64,000 nucleotides of DNA, taken from assembly GCA_951406725.2 (NCBI GenBank), contig OX597835.1, positions 37,262,001 through 37,326,000 on the forward strand, read 5' to 3'. The DNA comes from Octopus vulgaris. Taxonomy: Eukaryota. Both the position numbers and the translations under genes were made by a program. The notes under the pieces were generated by a model. The model had not been told where the DNA came from. It ran no database searches and worked only from the letters and a program-made list of their open reading frames with translations. This document shows, piece after piece, positions 52,740 through 64,000 of the stretch; position 1 is the stretch's first letter, and each line of letters opens with the position of its first letter.

Positions 52740-53410
52740 AAATAATGAAAACAAGCCCCAGCACCAAATGCAGAATGTGCAACCAGCACAATGGGACAGT
52801 TGACCACACCATCTGTGGCTGTCCAGTCCTAGCCAAGACTGAATACATGTACAGACATCACTGAGTAAATAGTTACATCCATTGGACAATATGCTACCAC
52901 TGCACCATAAAAACTAACAAGAAATGGTATAAAACATGTGCCAAACAAGATACATAACAATGACCAGGCTACAATCATCTCTGATATATCTGTTCAAACT
53001 GACAAAGAAATCAAGGCTAATTGCCCAGATATAATAATCAAGGATTGGCAAAAGCAAAAAACAAAAACAACATGTACTTACTGATAGACATTGCAGTTTC
53101 TTCAGGCCAAAATATTGCCTAAAAAGAAGAGGAGAAATTGTCAAAGTACAAAAATCTTGAAACCAAAATATTCAAGATGTGGAACATGAAGGTGAAAACA
53201 ATACCAGTAGTAAATGGAGTATTGGGTATGAAAAAAAAAACAAAAAAACAAAAACACGTGAATGAAAATGGAGAAGCTATACCTGGACCCTACCACAACA
53301 TACTATCCAAAAAAATAGCCTTGTTAGGAATAGCCCACATGCTACACAAGACTATCAATTCAATAATAGAACCCAAACAAAATAATCCATAAACACAAGA
53401 AACTCTATAC
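52740..53410 (+). mobile_element. R4/Dong-type CCHC + RLE fragment
   Basis: KCRMC....TVDHTICGCPVLAKTEY.YRH; TDKEIKANCPDIIIKD; EKLSKYKNLE...MWNMKVKTIPVVNGVLG. Confidence 0.85.
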
Positions 53411-53414
53411 AGTG

Positions 53415-53750
53415 GGAGACCCCCTTTGGTCATGAATGACCATGGGATTGCACCTAGAAAGTTACCCTCCCAGGCACAAGTCTGGGCAAGGTTGTTTATG
53501 GAAGACCAGCAGTTACCCATGCATACCAGCCTCCTCTCTCCATGCCACAGATGTTATCCAAGGGTAAGGCCAAGGCCGATACAGCTTGGCACCTGTGATG
53601 TCGCAACTCATTTCTACAGCTGAGGGAATTGGAGCAACATGAAATAAAGTGTGCTGCTCAAGATCACAACACACAGCTCGGTCCGGGAATCGAACTCACA
53701 ACCTCACGATCGTAAGCTCGACGCTCTAACCACTGAGCCATGCACCTTCA
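53415..53750 (-). mobile_element. SINE family D (full length)
   Basis: Head GAAGGTGCATGGCTCAGTGGTTAGAGCG...GAGTTCGATTCCC on minus. A partial + copy lies at 61175-61350. Confidence 0.9.
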
Positions 53751-54681
53751 CAGTAAATATCCAATAAAATAAACAACCACAACACGAAAATGTCGAAGAT
53801 ATACCTGGACCCGCAACACTACACACTACCCAAAAAATAGCCCTGCTAGGACCAGCCCATATCCTACACAAGACTATCAATTCAGTAATACAACTCAAAC
53901 AAAACAATCCACAAATACAAGACACACTCTATTCTGTAAATATCCAATAAAAACAACCACCACCACCATGTGTACTCTACAGGTCGGATACCCAACTGAA
54001 GAACGCAGCTCTCGTTACACATACAGCATACCGTACGAACACTAAAATAACAAAAGACTGCAACCAAATCCCATACAAAACAAACTGATGCAATACAATG
54101 CCAAGAAGAGTTTGTACTCTTCCGACAACAACAACAACAACAACAACAAAAGCAGCACCAATTAAGAGGAACACACAAAGCTGCACATACCTCAGCAACA
54201 TGGAGACATAGCAGGTGATGCAGAAAAAATTTGTCTGAAGCTATCAAATATCGAATAATGATAATAATAATGATAATAACGATAAAATAATTAGCAACCA
54301 AAAGTTAATCAAAAAGATCAAAAAAATAATGAAATATAAATAAAAAAAAAATAAAATAACAGAAACTCGCTAATAACAACACAAAGAAAAAAAGTAATCT
54401 TATACTGTTCAATATTGATTTCTTTTGACAAAGAACAACGCTATAGAGAAAGAGAGAGAGAGAGGGGGGGAGGAGTAGAGAGAGAGACAAACGGATAGAC
54501 TAATATTTTAGTTTGATTGTCAAAGACAATGTACAACACCCCACCACACACACACACCACTCCTTTCAACATCGACCCAACATTCATTACATCAAATAAC
54601 ATATTCACTAACCTGAAATTGTAGTGCTTCTGTTTGGTAGATTTTGTTTCCTTGATTTTTAATTTCCACCCCCATCCCCCG

Positions 54682-54717
<36 letters not shown>

Positions 54718-54720
54718 ATC

Positions 54721-54759
<39 letters not shown>

Positions 54760-54761
<2 letters not shown>

Positions 54762-55365
54762 GGTGGAAAGCTGGCAGAATCATTAGCATGCCAAGCAAAA
54801 TACTTAGTGGCATTTCATCCACCTTGACATTCTGAGTTCAAATTCTGCCAAGGTCAATTTTGCCTTTCATCTTTTTCGGGGGTCAATAAAATAAGTACCA
54901 GTTGAGAACCGGGGTTGATGTAATCGACGAGACCCCTCTCATCAAATTTCAGGCCTTGTGTTTTTAGTACTCTTTACTCTTTTACTTGTTTCACTCACTT
55001 GACTGTGGCCATGCTGGAGCACCACCTTTAATCGAGTAAATCAACCCCAGAACTTATTCTTTGTAAGCCTAGTACTTATTCTATCGGTCTCTTTTTGCTG
55101 AACTGCTAAGTTACGGAATGTAAACACACCAGCATCGGTTGTCAAGCAATGTTGGGGGGGACAAACGCAGAAACACAAACATATACAAACACATACATAT
55201 ATACGATGGGCTTCTTTCAGTTTCTGTCTACCAAATCCACTCACAAGGCTTTGGTTGGCCTGAAGCTATAGTAGAAGACACTTACCCAAGGTGCCACACA
55301 GTGGGACTGAACCCAGAACCATGTGGCTGGTAAGCAAGCAACTTACCACACAGCTACTCCGACGC
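54760..55365. mobile_element. SINE B (+) and SINE A (-) tail to tail
   Basis: Family similarity. Confidence 0.85.
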
Positions 55366-55886
55366 TTAGTATTTTTTTTTTTTTGTGGGGACGCTTAAGT
55401 GCCTGATCAATGATGTCTCAGTGCAGGCCTGGTTTTGTGAAGTTAAGAAGCTCACTTGGCAGCCCTTGGCTTTCCGTTACAGTCCCAATGTGTGGAACCT
55501 TGTGCAACATATTCATTGAAACCCCAAATTGTGAGGCCTTGGTTTCATCAGATTTGTTTATTTGATTATTAATTCTCTCTACCTCCCATTTCTTTCGTGA
55601 GATGTTTAGGTGTCTGAGGTATTGATATCTCAGAAATGATTTAAGCTCACCACCATCTTTTCACCATGATGGAAGTTCGTCACAAGGAAAGATTACTGAG
55701 AAAATATATCCATAGTATCTCACTATTAATAGTTAAAAACCATTTTACTAAATTTCGGAGATGTACTTGCATAGCAAGTGATTTGATCTGTAATCTTGTG
55801 CTGAAACGAAAACAATTGAAAGGTGTTTGTAAGCCATTTAAGAAGCACACAAAAGCCGTTCAATTCACTTCAACATTTAAGTTTAA

Positions 55887-55937
55887 TTTGTCAAAATATT
55901 TTCGTCGCTTTAAGACCGCGACCTGTTCACTGACAAA
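55887..55937 (-). ncRNA. Hammerhead fold with swapped G3:C8 core
   Basis: TTTGTCA-GTGAACA-G-GTCGC(GGTCTTAAA)GCGAC-GAAA-ATAT-TT-TGACAAA. Confidence 0.7.
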
Positions 55938-55986
55938 AATCCATACTGCATCTCGTGTTTATTTTACTAAACAAAAAACAAAAACA

Positions 55987-56635
55987 GTAAATTGATGACA
56001 GTGAACTTTCCTTGTGGCGAATTGATGACCTTCAACTTTCTCTGCGGTAAATTGCTGACAGAACTTTCTCTGTGGTGAATTACTGACAGAGAACTTTCCC
56101 TACGGTGAAGTGATGACGGAAAACTTTTCCTGCAGTAAATTGATGACAGGGAACTTTCCCTGCGGTGAATTGCTGACATAGAACTTTCCCTGCGGTGAAT
56201 TACTGACAGAGAACTTTCCCTACGGTGAAGTTATGATGGAAAACTTTTCCTGCAGTAAATTGATGACGGGGAACTTTCCCTGCGGTGGATGGAAAACTTT
56301 TCCTGCAGTAAATTGATGACGGGGAACTTTCCCTGCGGTGAATTGCTGACATAGAACTTTCCCTATGGTGAAGTTATGACGGAAAACTTTTCCTGCAGTA
56401 AATTGATGACGGGGAACTTTCCCTGTGGTAAATTGCTGACAAAGAACTTTCCCTGTGGTAAATTGCTGACAGAACTTTCTCTGTGGTGAATTACTGAGAG
56501 AGAACTTTCCCTATGGTGAAGTGATGACGGAAAACTTTTCCTGTAGTAAATTGATGACGGGGAACTTTCCCTGTGGTAAATTGCACACAAAGAACTTTCC
56601 CTGCGGTGAATTACTGACAGAGAACTTTCCCTATG
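55987..56635. repeat. 30-bp minisatellite (~21 units) with higher-order organisation
   Basis: Unit approx. RAATTGMTGACRGRGAACTTTCCCTGYGGT; distinct variants recur in fixed order. Confidence 0.95.
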
Positions 56636-57283
56636 GCTCCAAGTTCAATCCCCTTCTACCATAGCCTCAGGTTGACTGAAGTGTTATGAGTGGATTAGGT
56701 AGAAGGAAACTGAAAGAAGCCTGTCATGTGTGTGTATTTGACTCCCATCACTGTTTAACCAGTGTTGGTACATTTATGTCCCTGTAACTTAGCTGTTTGG
56801 CAAAAGAGACTGATAGAATAAGCACCAGGCTTTAAAGAAAATAGATACTGGGACCAATTCTTCAAGGCTGTGCCCCATTATGGCTGCAACAATTAAAAAA
56901 TAAATGATAAAATATAATCACAGGAGTGGCTGTGTGGTAAGTAGCTTGCTTACCAACAACATGGTTTCGGGTTCAGTCCCACTGTGTGGCACCTTGGGCA
57001 AATGTCTTGTACTATAACACTGGGCCACCCAAAGCTTTGTGAGTGGATTTGGTAGAGGGAAACTGAAAGAAGCCTGTTGTACAGATATATATGTTTGTGT
57101 GTCTGTGTTTGTCCCCTTCAACATCGCTTGACAACTGATGCTGGTGCATTTACATACCTATAACTTCGCAGTTTGGCAAAAGGGAACAATACAATAAGTA
57201 CTAGGCTTACAAAGAATAAGTCCTGGGGTCGATTTGCTCGACTAAAGGCATTGCTTCAGCATGGCCACAGTCAAATGACTGAA

Positions 57284-57319
<36 letters not shown>

Positions 57320-57632
57320 TTATACAACGGGCTTCTTTCAGTTTCCGTCTACCAAATCCACTGACAGGGCTTTGGTCGGCCCAGCATCGGTTATCAAGCA
57401 ATGCTAGGGGGACAAACACAGACACACAAACATACATGCACACATATATATATATATATACATTTATACAACGGGCTTCTTTCAGTTTCCGTCTACCAAA
57501 TCCACTCACAGGGCTTTGGTCGGCCCGAGGCTAGAGTAGAAGACACTTACCCAAGGTGCCACGCAGTGGGAGTGAACCCGGAACCATGTTGTTGGTAAGC
57601 AAGCTACTTACCACACAGCTACTCCTGCGCCT
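56635..57632. mobile_element. SINE A cluster (+, +, rearranged -)
   Basis: Includes a duplicated block ~57313-57381 / ~57457-57525. Confidence 0.85.
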
Positions 57633-57747
57633 ATATACATACATACACACACGCACATATATATATATATATTTCTTTTCCTCAAATTTGAATATTTTTC
57701 AGCAAGTTATTTGGAGATATGATGGCAAGCTGTTTTTTTTTTTATAG

Positions 57748-57831
57748 GAAAAAACACAAAATCAGTAACTTGGAAAAACAAGAACAAATTCAGACCAGAT
57801 CATAAATATATTGAACTACTTAGAAACAGTG
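57748..57831 (+). CDS. Possible small coding exon (phase 1-1)
   Basis: Poly-T ATAG acceptor, G|GTAACA donor, open as KNTKSVTWKNKNKFRPDHKYIELLRNS. Phase does not directly match the neighbouring called exons. Confidence 0.3.
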
Positions 57832-58154
57832 GTAACATACTTCTCACAGACAGTGATAACTAAGATAGAAACTTGTGTCGAATTCATTTAAATACTGACC
57901 ACATATATTGGGAAATAAGGTCTCATAAAAATAGTTCCATAGCTACACATTCTATCTCAGATATTGTTGGCTCTTGTAGTTAGATGTATAAAAAGGCATT
58001 AACATGCAGACAACATATTCTGCATGGGTGGACTGGGTTAATCAAAGCTTTATTATCAACTATTCTCTGTATTTGGGGAAACTCTACTGTCTGCATGCAT
58101 GTGTGTATATGTATATATATGTAGGTGTGTGTTTAATATGGTACAATGCTTGTT

Positions 58155-60256
58155 AAGGCAGTGAGCCGGCAGAATTGTTAGTATGTTATGCATAATGTTC
58201 TGTGGCACTGCGTCCGTTTTTATGTTCTGAGTTCAAATTCCACTAAGGTCGACATTGCTTTAAATCCTTTCAGGGTTGATAAAATAAGTACCAGTTGAGA
58301 AATGGGGTTACACTTTTACATGTTTCAGTCATTTGACTGCGGCCATGCTGGAGCACCGCCTTTAGTTGAGCAAATCGACCCCAGGACTTATTCTTTGTAA
58401 GCCCAGTACTTATTCTATCGGTCTCTTTTGCCAAACTGCTAAGTTACAGGGATGTAAACACCACCACCATCAGTTGTCAAGCGATGTTGGGGGGACAAAC
58501 ACAGACACACAAACATATATATATACATATATATGAAGGGCTTCTTTCAGTTTCCGTCTACCAAATCCACTCACAAGGCTTTGGTCGGCCCGAGGCTATA
58601 GTAGAAGACACTTGCCCAAGGTGCCATGCAGTGGGACTGAACCCGGAACCATGTGGTTGGTAAGCAAGCTACTTACCACACAGCCACCCCCTCCTCTGAA
58701 ATTGCTGGTCTTGTGCCAAAGTTTGAAAACATTATTATTATTATCATTGTGAAGGTGGTGAGCTGATTGAACCATTAGCATACTGGGAAAAATGCTTAGT
58801 GGTATTTCATGTGTTCAAGTTCCGAGTTCAAATTCTGCTGAGGCTGACTTTGCCTTTCAGACGTTTGAGGGTCAATAAATTATGTAACAGTGAAACACTG
58901 GGGTTGATATAATCGACTCATCCCCTCTCCACAAATTTCAGGCCTTGTGCCTTTAATCGAAAGGGTTATTATTTTCATTGTCCAGGTGTTGAGCTGGTGG
59001 GATTGTTAGCTTGCATGAAAATGCCGAGCAGCATTTCGTCTGTCTTTACATTCTGAGTTCAAATTCCACCAAGGTAGACCTTGCTTTTTATCCTTTCAGG
59101 ATCGATAAAATAAATACCTATTTCTTTACTACCCACAAGGGGCTAAACACAGAGAGGACAAACAAGGACAGACAAACGGATTAAGTCGATTCTATCGACC
59201 CCAGTGCGTAACTGGCACTTATTTAATCGACCCCGAAAGGATGAAAGGCAAAGTTGACCTCGGCGGAATTTGAACTCAGAACCTAGTGGCAGACAAAATA
59301 CCGCTAAGCATTTCGCCTGCCATGCTAATGGTTCTGCCAGCTCACCGCCTTAAAATAAATACCAGTTGATCATTGGGGTCAATATAATCGACTTACTCCT
59401 TTCCCAAAATTGCTGGCCTTGTGCCAAAACTTAAAACCACCAATAATTAATAACAATAAGGAGGCAAAAGCTGGTAGAATCATTAGTGTGTTGGGCAAAA
59501 AGGTTTAGTAACATTTTGTCTCTTTACATGCTGAGTTCAAATGCCACTGAGATCTATTTTGCCTTTCATCCTTTCAGAGTTGATAAAACAAGTACTAGTT
59601 GATTACTGGGGTCACTGTAACTGACTAGGTCCCCTTCTCTGAAATTGCAGTCCTTGTGTCAAAAATTTGAAGCTAATATGGTAGAATGCTTTCCTGAAAT
59701 GGTTTCCTTTCAGTTTTAACAGCACAGTCTTGAGTTTAGGCCTGCTGTGTAGCACCTAGGGTTAGTGTCTTCTTCTACCATAGCTCTGGGTCAACCAAAG
59801 CCTTGTGGGTGGTTTTGGTTGACAGAAACTGAAAGAATAGGTGGCAAGCTGGCAGAAATGTTAGCACGCTGGGTGAAATGCTTAGCGGTATTTCATCTGC
59901 CGTTACGTTCTGAGTTCAAATTCTGCTGAGGTCAACTTTTCCTTTCATCCTTTCAAGGTCGATAACTTAAGTATCAGTTACGCACTGGGGGCGATATAAT
60001 TGACTTAATCCGTTTGTCTGTCCTTGTTTGTCCTCTCTGTGCTTAGCCGCTTGTGGGTAGTAAAGAAATAGGTATTTCGTCTACTGTTACGTTCTGAGTT
60101 CAAATTCCACCAATGTCGACTTTGCCTTTCATCTTTCCGGGGTCGATAAATTAAGCACTAGTTACGCACTGGGGTCAATGAAATTGACTTAATCCCTTTG
60201 TCTATCCTTGTTTGTTCCCTCTATGTTTAGCCCCTTGTAGGCAATAAAGAAATAAG
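58155..60256. mobile_element. Dense SINE A/B cluster with nesting
   Basis: SINE A at 58312-58686 (-); multiple SINE B, including nested 59119-59350 (-) and dimer 59840-60256 (+). Confidence 0.85.
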
Positions 60257-60448
60257 AAACTGAAAGAATCTCACCCTGTTCTATGCTACAAACTTTCCAT
60301 TTTATAGTGGTCTAAATTAAAATCTTCTGTCAGAATTTTATGCTAATTTTATGCTTAATATTGACAAAAATATTTTAGTAAATCTGCATTATTTTCAAAA
60401 CACACAGCCTTTATTGAAAGAATGGCAGTGTATTTCAACAAAAATATA

Positions 60449-60957
60449 TCGTAAATCCTCGAGTATAGTCTGCCCTTGGTATAATACTCAGGGAATTTTG
60501 AAGGGGCTGTACTTCTGAAAAACCTAAACCATGTGTATAATATGCACCCCTTCTTTAACTTAAGTCAAAGAGGTCGATATAACGTCCTTGGTTTGTAAAG
60601 ATGTATACGGTAACATCCTTTATTATTATTGCATGTATAACATAATGCAAATGTGTAGCTTTTTTGTGCATTATTTGAAGAAAATAAAGAAATAACAGTA
60701 ATAACGTTTAATAAATGCTGCTGACTGCAAGTTATGGATGATTCTTTTATGACTTCATTGCTTTCAGGCTTAGCTTAAGGTACTTTCGCGCCCGACACCA
60801 GAAAATGCGTCTGAATAAACATTGTCGGACAGCAAAGAGAGACTCGGACATTGCTTAGAAAATAATTTTAATTTTTAACTTCGTATATAGTACGCACTAG
60901 GGATTCCGACCTTTAAATTTTGGGGAAAAAATGCGGATCATACTTGAGGATTTACAG
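60449..60957. mobile_element. Tc2/pogo-like MITE (copy 2)
   Basis: Homologous to 46020-46513; TA flanks; nested in a degraded piggyBac-like MITE. Confidence 0.9.
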
Positions 60958-61362
60958 TAACAAGCAGGTTAGAGATGATATAAATTTAATCAAAATTTCA
61001 AGCTAATTTATATTCCAAGCAGCAGATAATTGGTGGTAAGTTGGTCAGTGTATCCTTTGCAACAGTCGACAATGGAATGCAAGATGAGCTGCTATGGATC
61101 ATACTAGCCAAAAGTGTGTAAGCATGGGACCAGGGACAATATGCAAACTCGTATTCTCGCTGAAACTCTAAGTAGAGGCATGTGGCTTAGTGTTTAGGGC
61201 ATTGGACTGATGATCGTAAGATTGTGGTTTCGATTCCTGGACCGGGCGATGCATTGTGTTCTTGAGCAAAACACTTCATTTCGTATTCCTCTAGTCCACT
61301 CAGCTGGCAAAAATGAGTAATCCTGCAAGGGACTGATGTCCCATCCAGGTAGAGAACATATA

Positions 61363-61871
61363 CTGTAAATCCTTGAGTATAGTCCACCCTTGAGTATAAT
61401 ACGCAGGGAATTTTTAGGGGGCTGTACCTATGAAAAACCTAAATCTTGTGTATAAAACACACCCCTTCTCTAACTTGAGTCAAGGTCTATATAACATCCT
61501 TGGTTTGTAAAAATATATATGGTAACGTCCTTTATTATTATTGTATATATAACATAATGCAAACGTGTAGCGTTTTTGTGCATTTTGTTTGCAGAAAATA
61601 AAGAAATAACAGTAATAACATTTAATATGTGTTGTTTACTGCAAGTTATGGATGATTCTTTTATGACTTCATTGCTTTCAGGCTTAGTTTAAGGTATTTT
61701 TGCGACCAACATCACAAATTGCATTTGAATAAACATTGCCAGAAAGCAAATAGAGACTCGGACATTGCTTGGAAAATAATTTTCATTTTTAACCTTGTAT
61801 ATATTACGCACTAGGGATTCTGACCATTAAATTTTAGGAAAAAAATGCAGATTATACTCAAGGATTTACGG
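61363..61871. mobile_element. Tc2/pogo-like MITE (copy 3)
   Basis: Homologous to 46020-46513; TA flanks. Confidence 0.9.
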
Positions 61872-62579
61872 TATGTCATGGAAATCATGAAACTGGTCCT
61901 TATGAGTCGGTTTCACTTAAGAAGGTAACTTTACCTTTTATTTTACTGAAACTCTACACCTCAACAGCAAATGACACAGCATTTGCGAGGGAACTAGTGA
62001 ACTTGTTGATTGGATCTGGCTCAACCCACTCCAAATGGATGCCACTGCAAGCTTAAGTAAGTAGTATAAACATTTTCGGGATTTCAAAAACTGGCAGAAA
62101 GAAACAAAGGAAGAATAAATCTTTGGTTCAAACCACAATCCTGGCTTCAAAGCTTGCAATGAACTGAACTGTGCAAGAGGCACCCAAGAGCCAGTTAGTA
62201 GGTTTTAAAGAGGACGTTAGATTTCTAAGTCTACCACTTGATAACAGAGCAGATTCTGAAGACAGCCAAGAGACCAACAGTCCTGGTCTTAATTGGTCCT
62301 ACTAAATTATGACCCCCACCAATAAAAAATGATGTAATGTCTTTGATCATCTGTTTCTTCAATAAAGGTTGAGCTGAAGATTAAACAGCAACAACAACAA
62401 CAATTATTCTGTAACTGTGTAACTGTAATCTTAGACTTTTGGCATGCATGATGATGGTTTCTTTTAAAAACAAATCAAAGTTCTCTTTTTTTCCCCCACC
62501 CCAAAATAAGTGAATAAACAAAATTTTTGCAGACATTTAAATTTAATTATCTGTTTTATTTTCATAATTTTATTTTCAG

Positions 62580-62685
62580 CCAATGATTTCTCGGCAAAGA
62601 AAGAATGGAAGTGTGGAAGACACTAAAAGACAACATAGCGATGACTGTACAAAGAATGTAAAAGAGTTTCCAACATCTAAAATAT
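62580..62685 (+). CDS. Probable coding exon of the host gene (phase 0-1)
   Basis: TTTTATTTTCAG acceptor, GTGAGT donor. Only phase 0 is open: PMISRQRKNGSVEDTKRQHSDDCTKNVKEFPTSKI. Compatible with the donor at 14550. Confidence 0.6.
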
Positions 62686-62724
62686 GTGAGTTAATCATCA
62701 TCATCATCATCATCGTCATCATCA

Positions 62725-62758
<34 letters not shown>

Positions 62759-63269
62759 CATTAAGGCAGCAAGCTGAAAGAACTGTTAGCATGCTGGACA
62801 TAAATGCTTCATAGTATTTCTTCTGGCAGTTCTGTGTTCAAATTCCACTGAGTTAAACACTGCCTTTGACACTTTGAGGGTCTATGAAAACAAGTAGGAG
62901 TCAAGCACTGGTGTCAATGTAATCGACTTACACCCCCAACTCTGCAATTGCAGACTTTGTGCCAAAACTTGAAACCATTATTATTATTAGTAGTATTAGT
63001 ATTATTATTTGGTGAACTGCCAGAAACATTACCACTTTGGGTGAAATGCTTAGTTGTATTTCACCCATCTTTACGATCTGAGTTCAAATTCCACTGGAGT
63101 CAACTTTACCTTTCATCATTTCAGGGGTTGATAAAATAAGTACCAGTTGAACACTGGTGCTGATGCAATCAACTTACCCCACTCCCCCTAAATTTCAGGT
63201 CTTTTACAGGAAAGATTATAAGACTTTTGGAAAAGAAGAATTCCTAACATTGGGCTACAACAAGTAACC

Positions 63270-63452
63270 TTAGATGCCAAGAACCCTTCTAAGTATCCTA
63301 ACTGTCCCTAATAACACTGTTTTCTGGAGCTGTACTAAACTAGGTTTTATGCCTATTTCCTCTGTCCATCTGTTCAAATCTTTAGGGATAGTTCCTAATG
63401 CACCTATAACTACTGAGATGCATTTTACCCACACTTTCCATAGTATCTGTAA
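63270..63452 (-). mobile_element. R4/Dong-type RLE C-terminal fragment
   Basis: LQILWKVWVKCISVVIGALGTIPKDL...QLQKTVLLGTVRILRRVLGI*. Confidence 0.8.
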
Positions 63453-63454
63453 TT

Positions 63455-63762
63455 AATGTGTTGGGTGCAATTGAGCAAAAGACCAACAAAATCACTTGCA
63501 ACACCAAAGATGAACTGAAGGCAAGAATTATGACAGTATTGACCAACATAAACAAGGAGACTGCCCAGAAGGGTTGCAGGAGATTCCAAAGTCATCTGGA
63601 GGCCATTGTTGAAACCAATGGCGATTTTATTGAATAAATTTACTCTTTACTGTTTCAAGATATTTTAATGTAAGTTTGACAAAAAAATATCTGCAAAAAT
63701 GAGTTGTCAGTGTTATTTTCATTTTTGCGTAATTCAGACGACAGTTTATTCACTGCACCCTG
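63455..63762 (+). mobile_element. maT/Tc1-like transposon 3' end
   Basis: GAIEQKTNK..CNTKDELKARI...CRRFQSHLEAIVETNGDFIE*; ends CACCCTG|TA. Confidence 0.8.
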
Positions 63763-63791
63763 TATATATATATTATAAAAAAAAAAACATG

Positions 63792-63851
<60 letters not shown>

Positions 63852-64000
63852 CATGGTCATAAGAGTCAGCTGAGTCATCTATAAGGCTAAGTGTTTTATG
63901 GATGTGAAACCATTGGTCACTCTATGACCAGTCACATATTCAATGTCCTGTAAATTCATTACTCCTCTAACTTTTAGAGGGCACTTCATTTTGGGATATA

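Noticed and set aside
55987-56635. CRISPR-like array
   Set aside because: Contiguous tandem units with no unique spacers, no cas genes and a eukaryotic context.
61967-62055. Exon candidate ending at a GTAAGT donor
   Set aside because: Weak acceptors, and no phase compatible with the 62580 exon without a stop.

Overview
Eukaryotic, AT-rich, repeat-saturated DNA with no prokaryotic features. The repeat repertoire strongly suggests an octopus/coleoid cephalopod genome (inference from SINE/LINE families, not a database result). Most ORFs in the supplied track are artefacts of (TA)n/(CA)n microsatellites or SINEs. Supported content: (i) a few isolated + strand exons of an unidentified host gene (12485-12628, 14315-14550, 62580-62685), so most of the window is probably intron; (ii) dozens of tRNA-derived SINEs of at least four families; (iii) LINE remnants: RTE with a PHD finger inside the RT, Tx1/L1, CR1/L2-type and four R4/Dong-type RLE fragments; (iv) mariner, Tc1 and maT fossils, hAT/piggyBac/Tc2-like MITEs and a non-autonomous Helitron; (v) a 30-bp higher-order minisatellite. 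The most interesting signal is about 11 loci with type-I hammerhead ribozyme folds in sequence-divergent contexts. Many sit in fold-back (inverted) cassettes inside (TA)n tracts, near Penelope-like RT and GIY-YIG fossils. One has a natural G3:C8 swapped catalytic core. Ribozyme-less fold-back cassettes with conserved RNA structure and tandem H-type pseudoknots in the RTE 3' UTR are further candidates for undescribed structured RNAs. All structures were folded by eye, and repeat boundaries are approximate unless a TSD/TIR is quoted.
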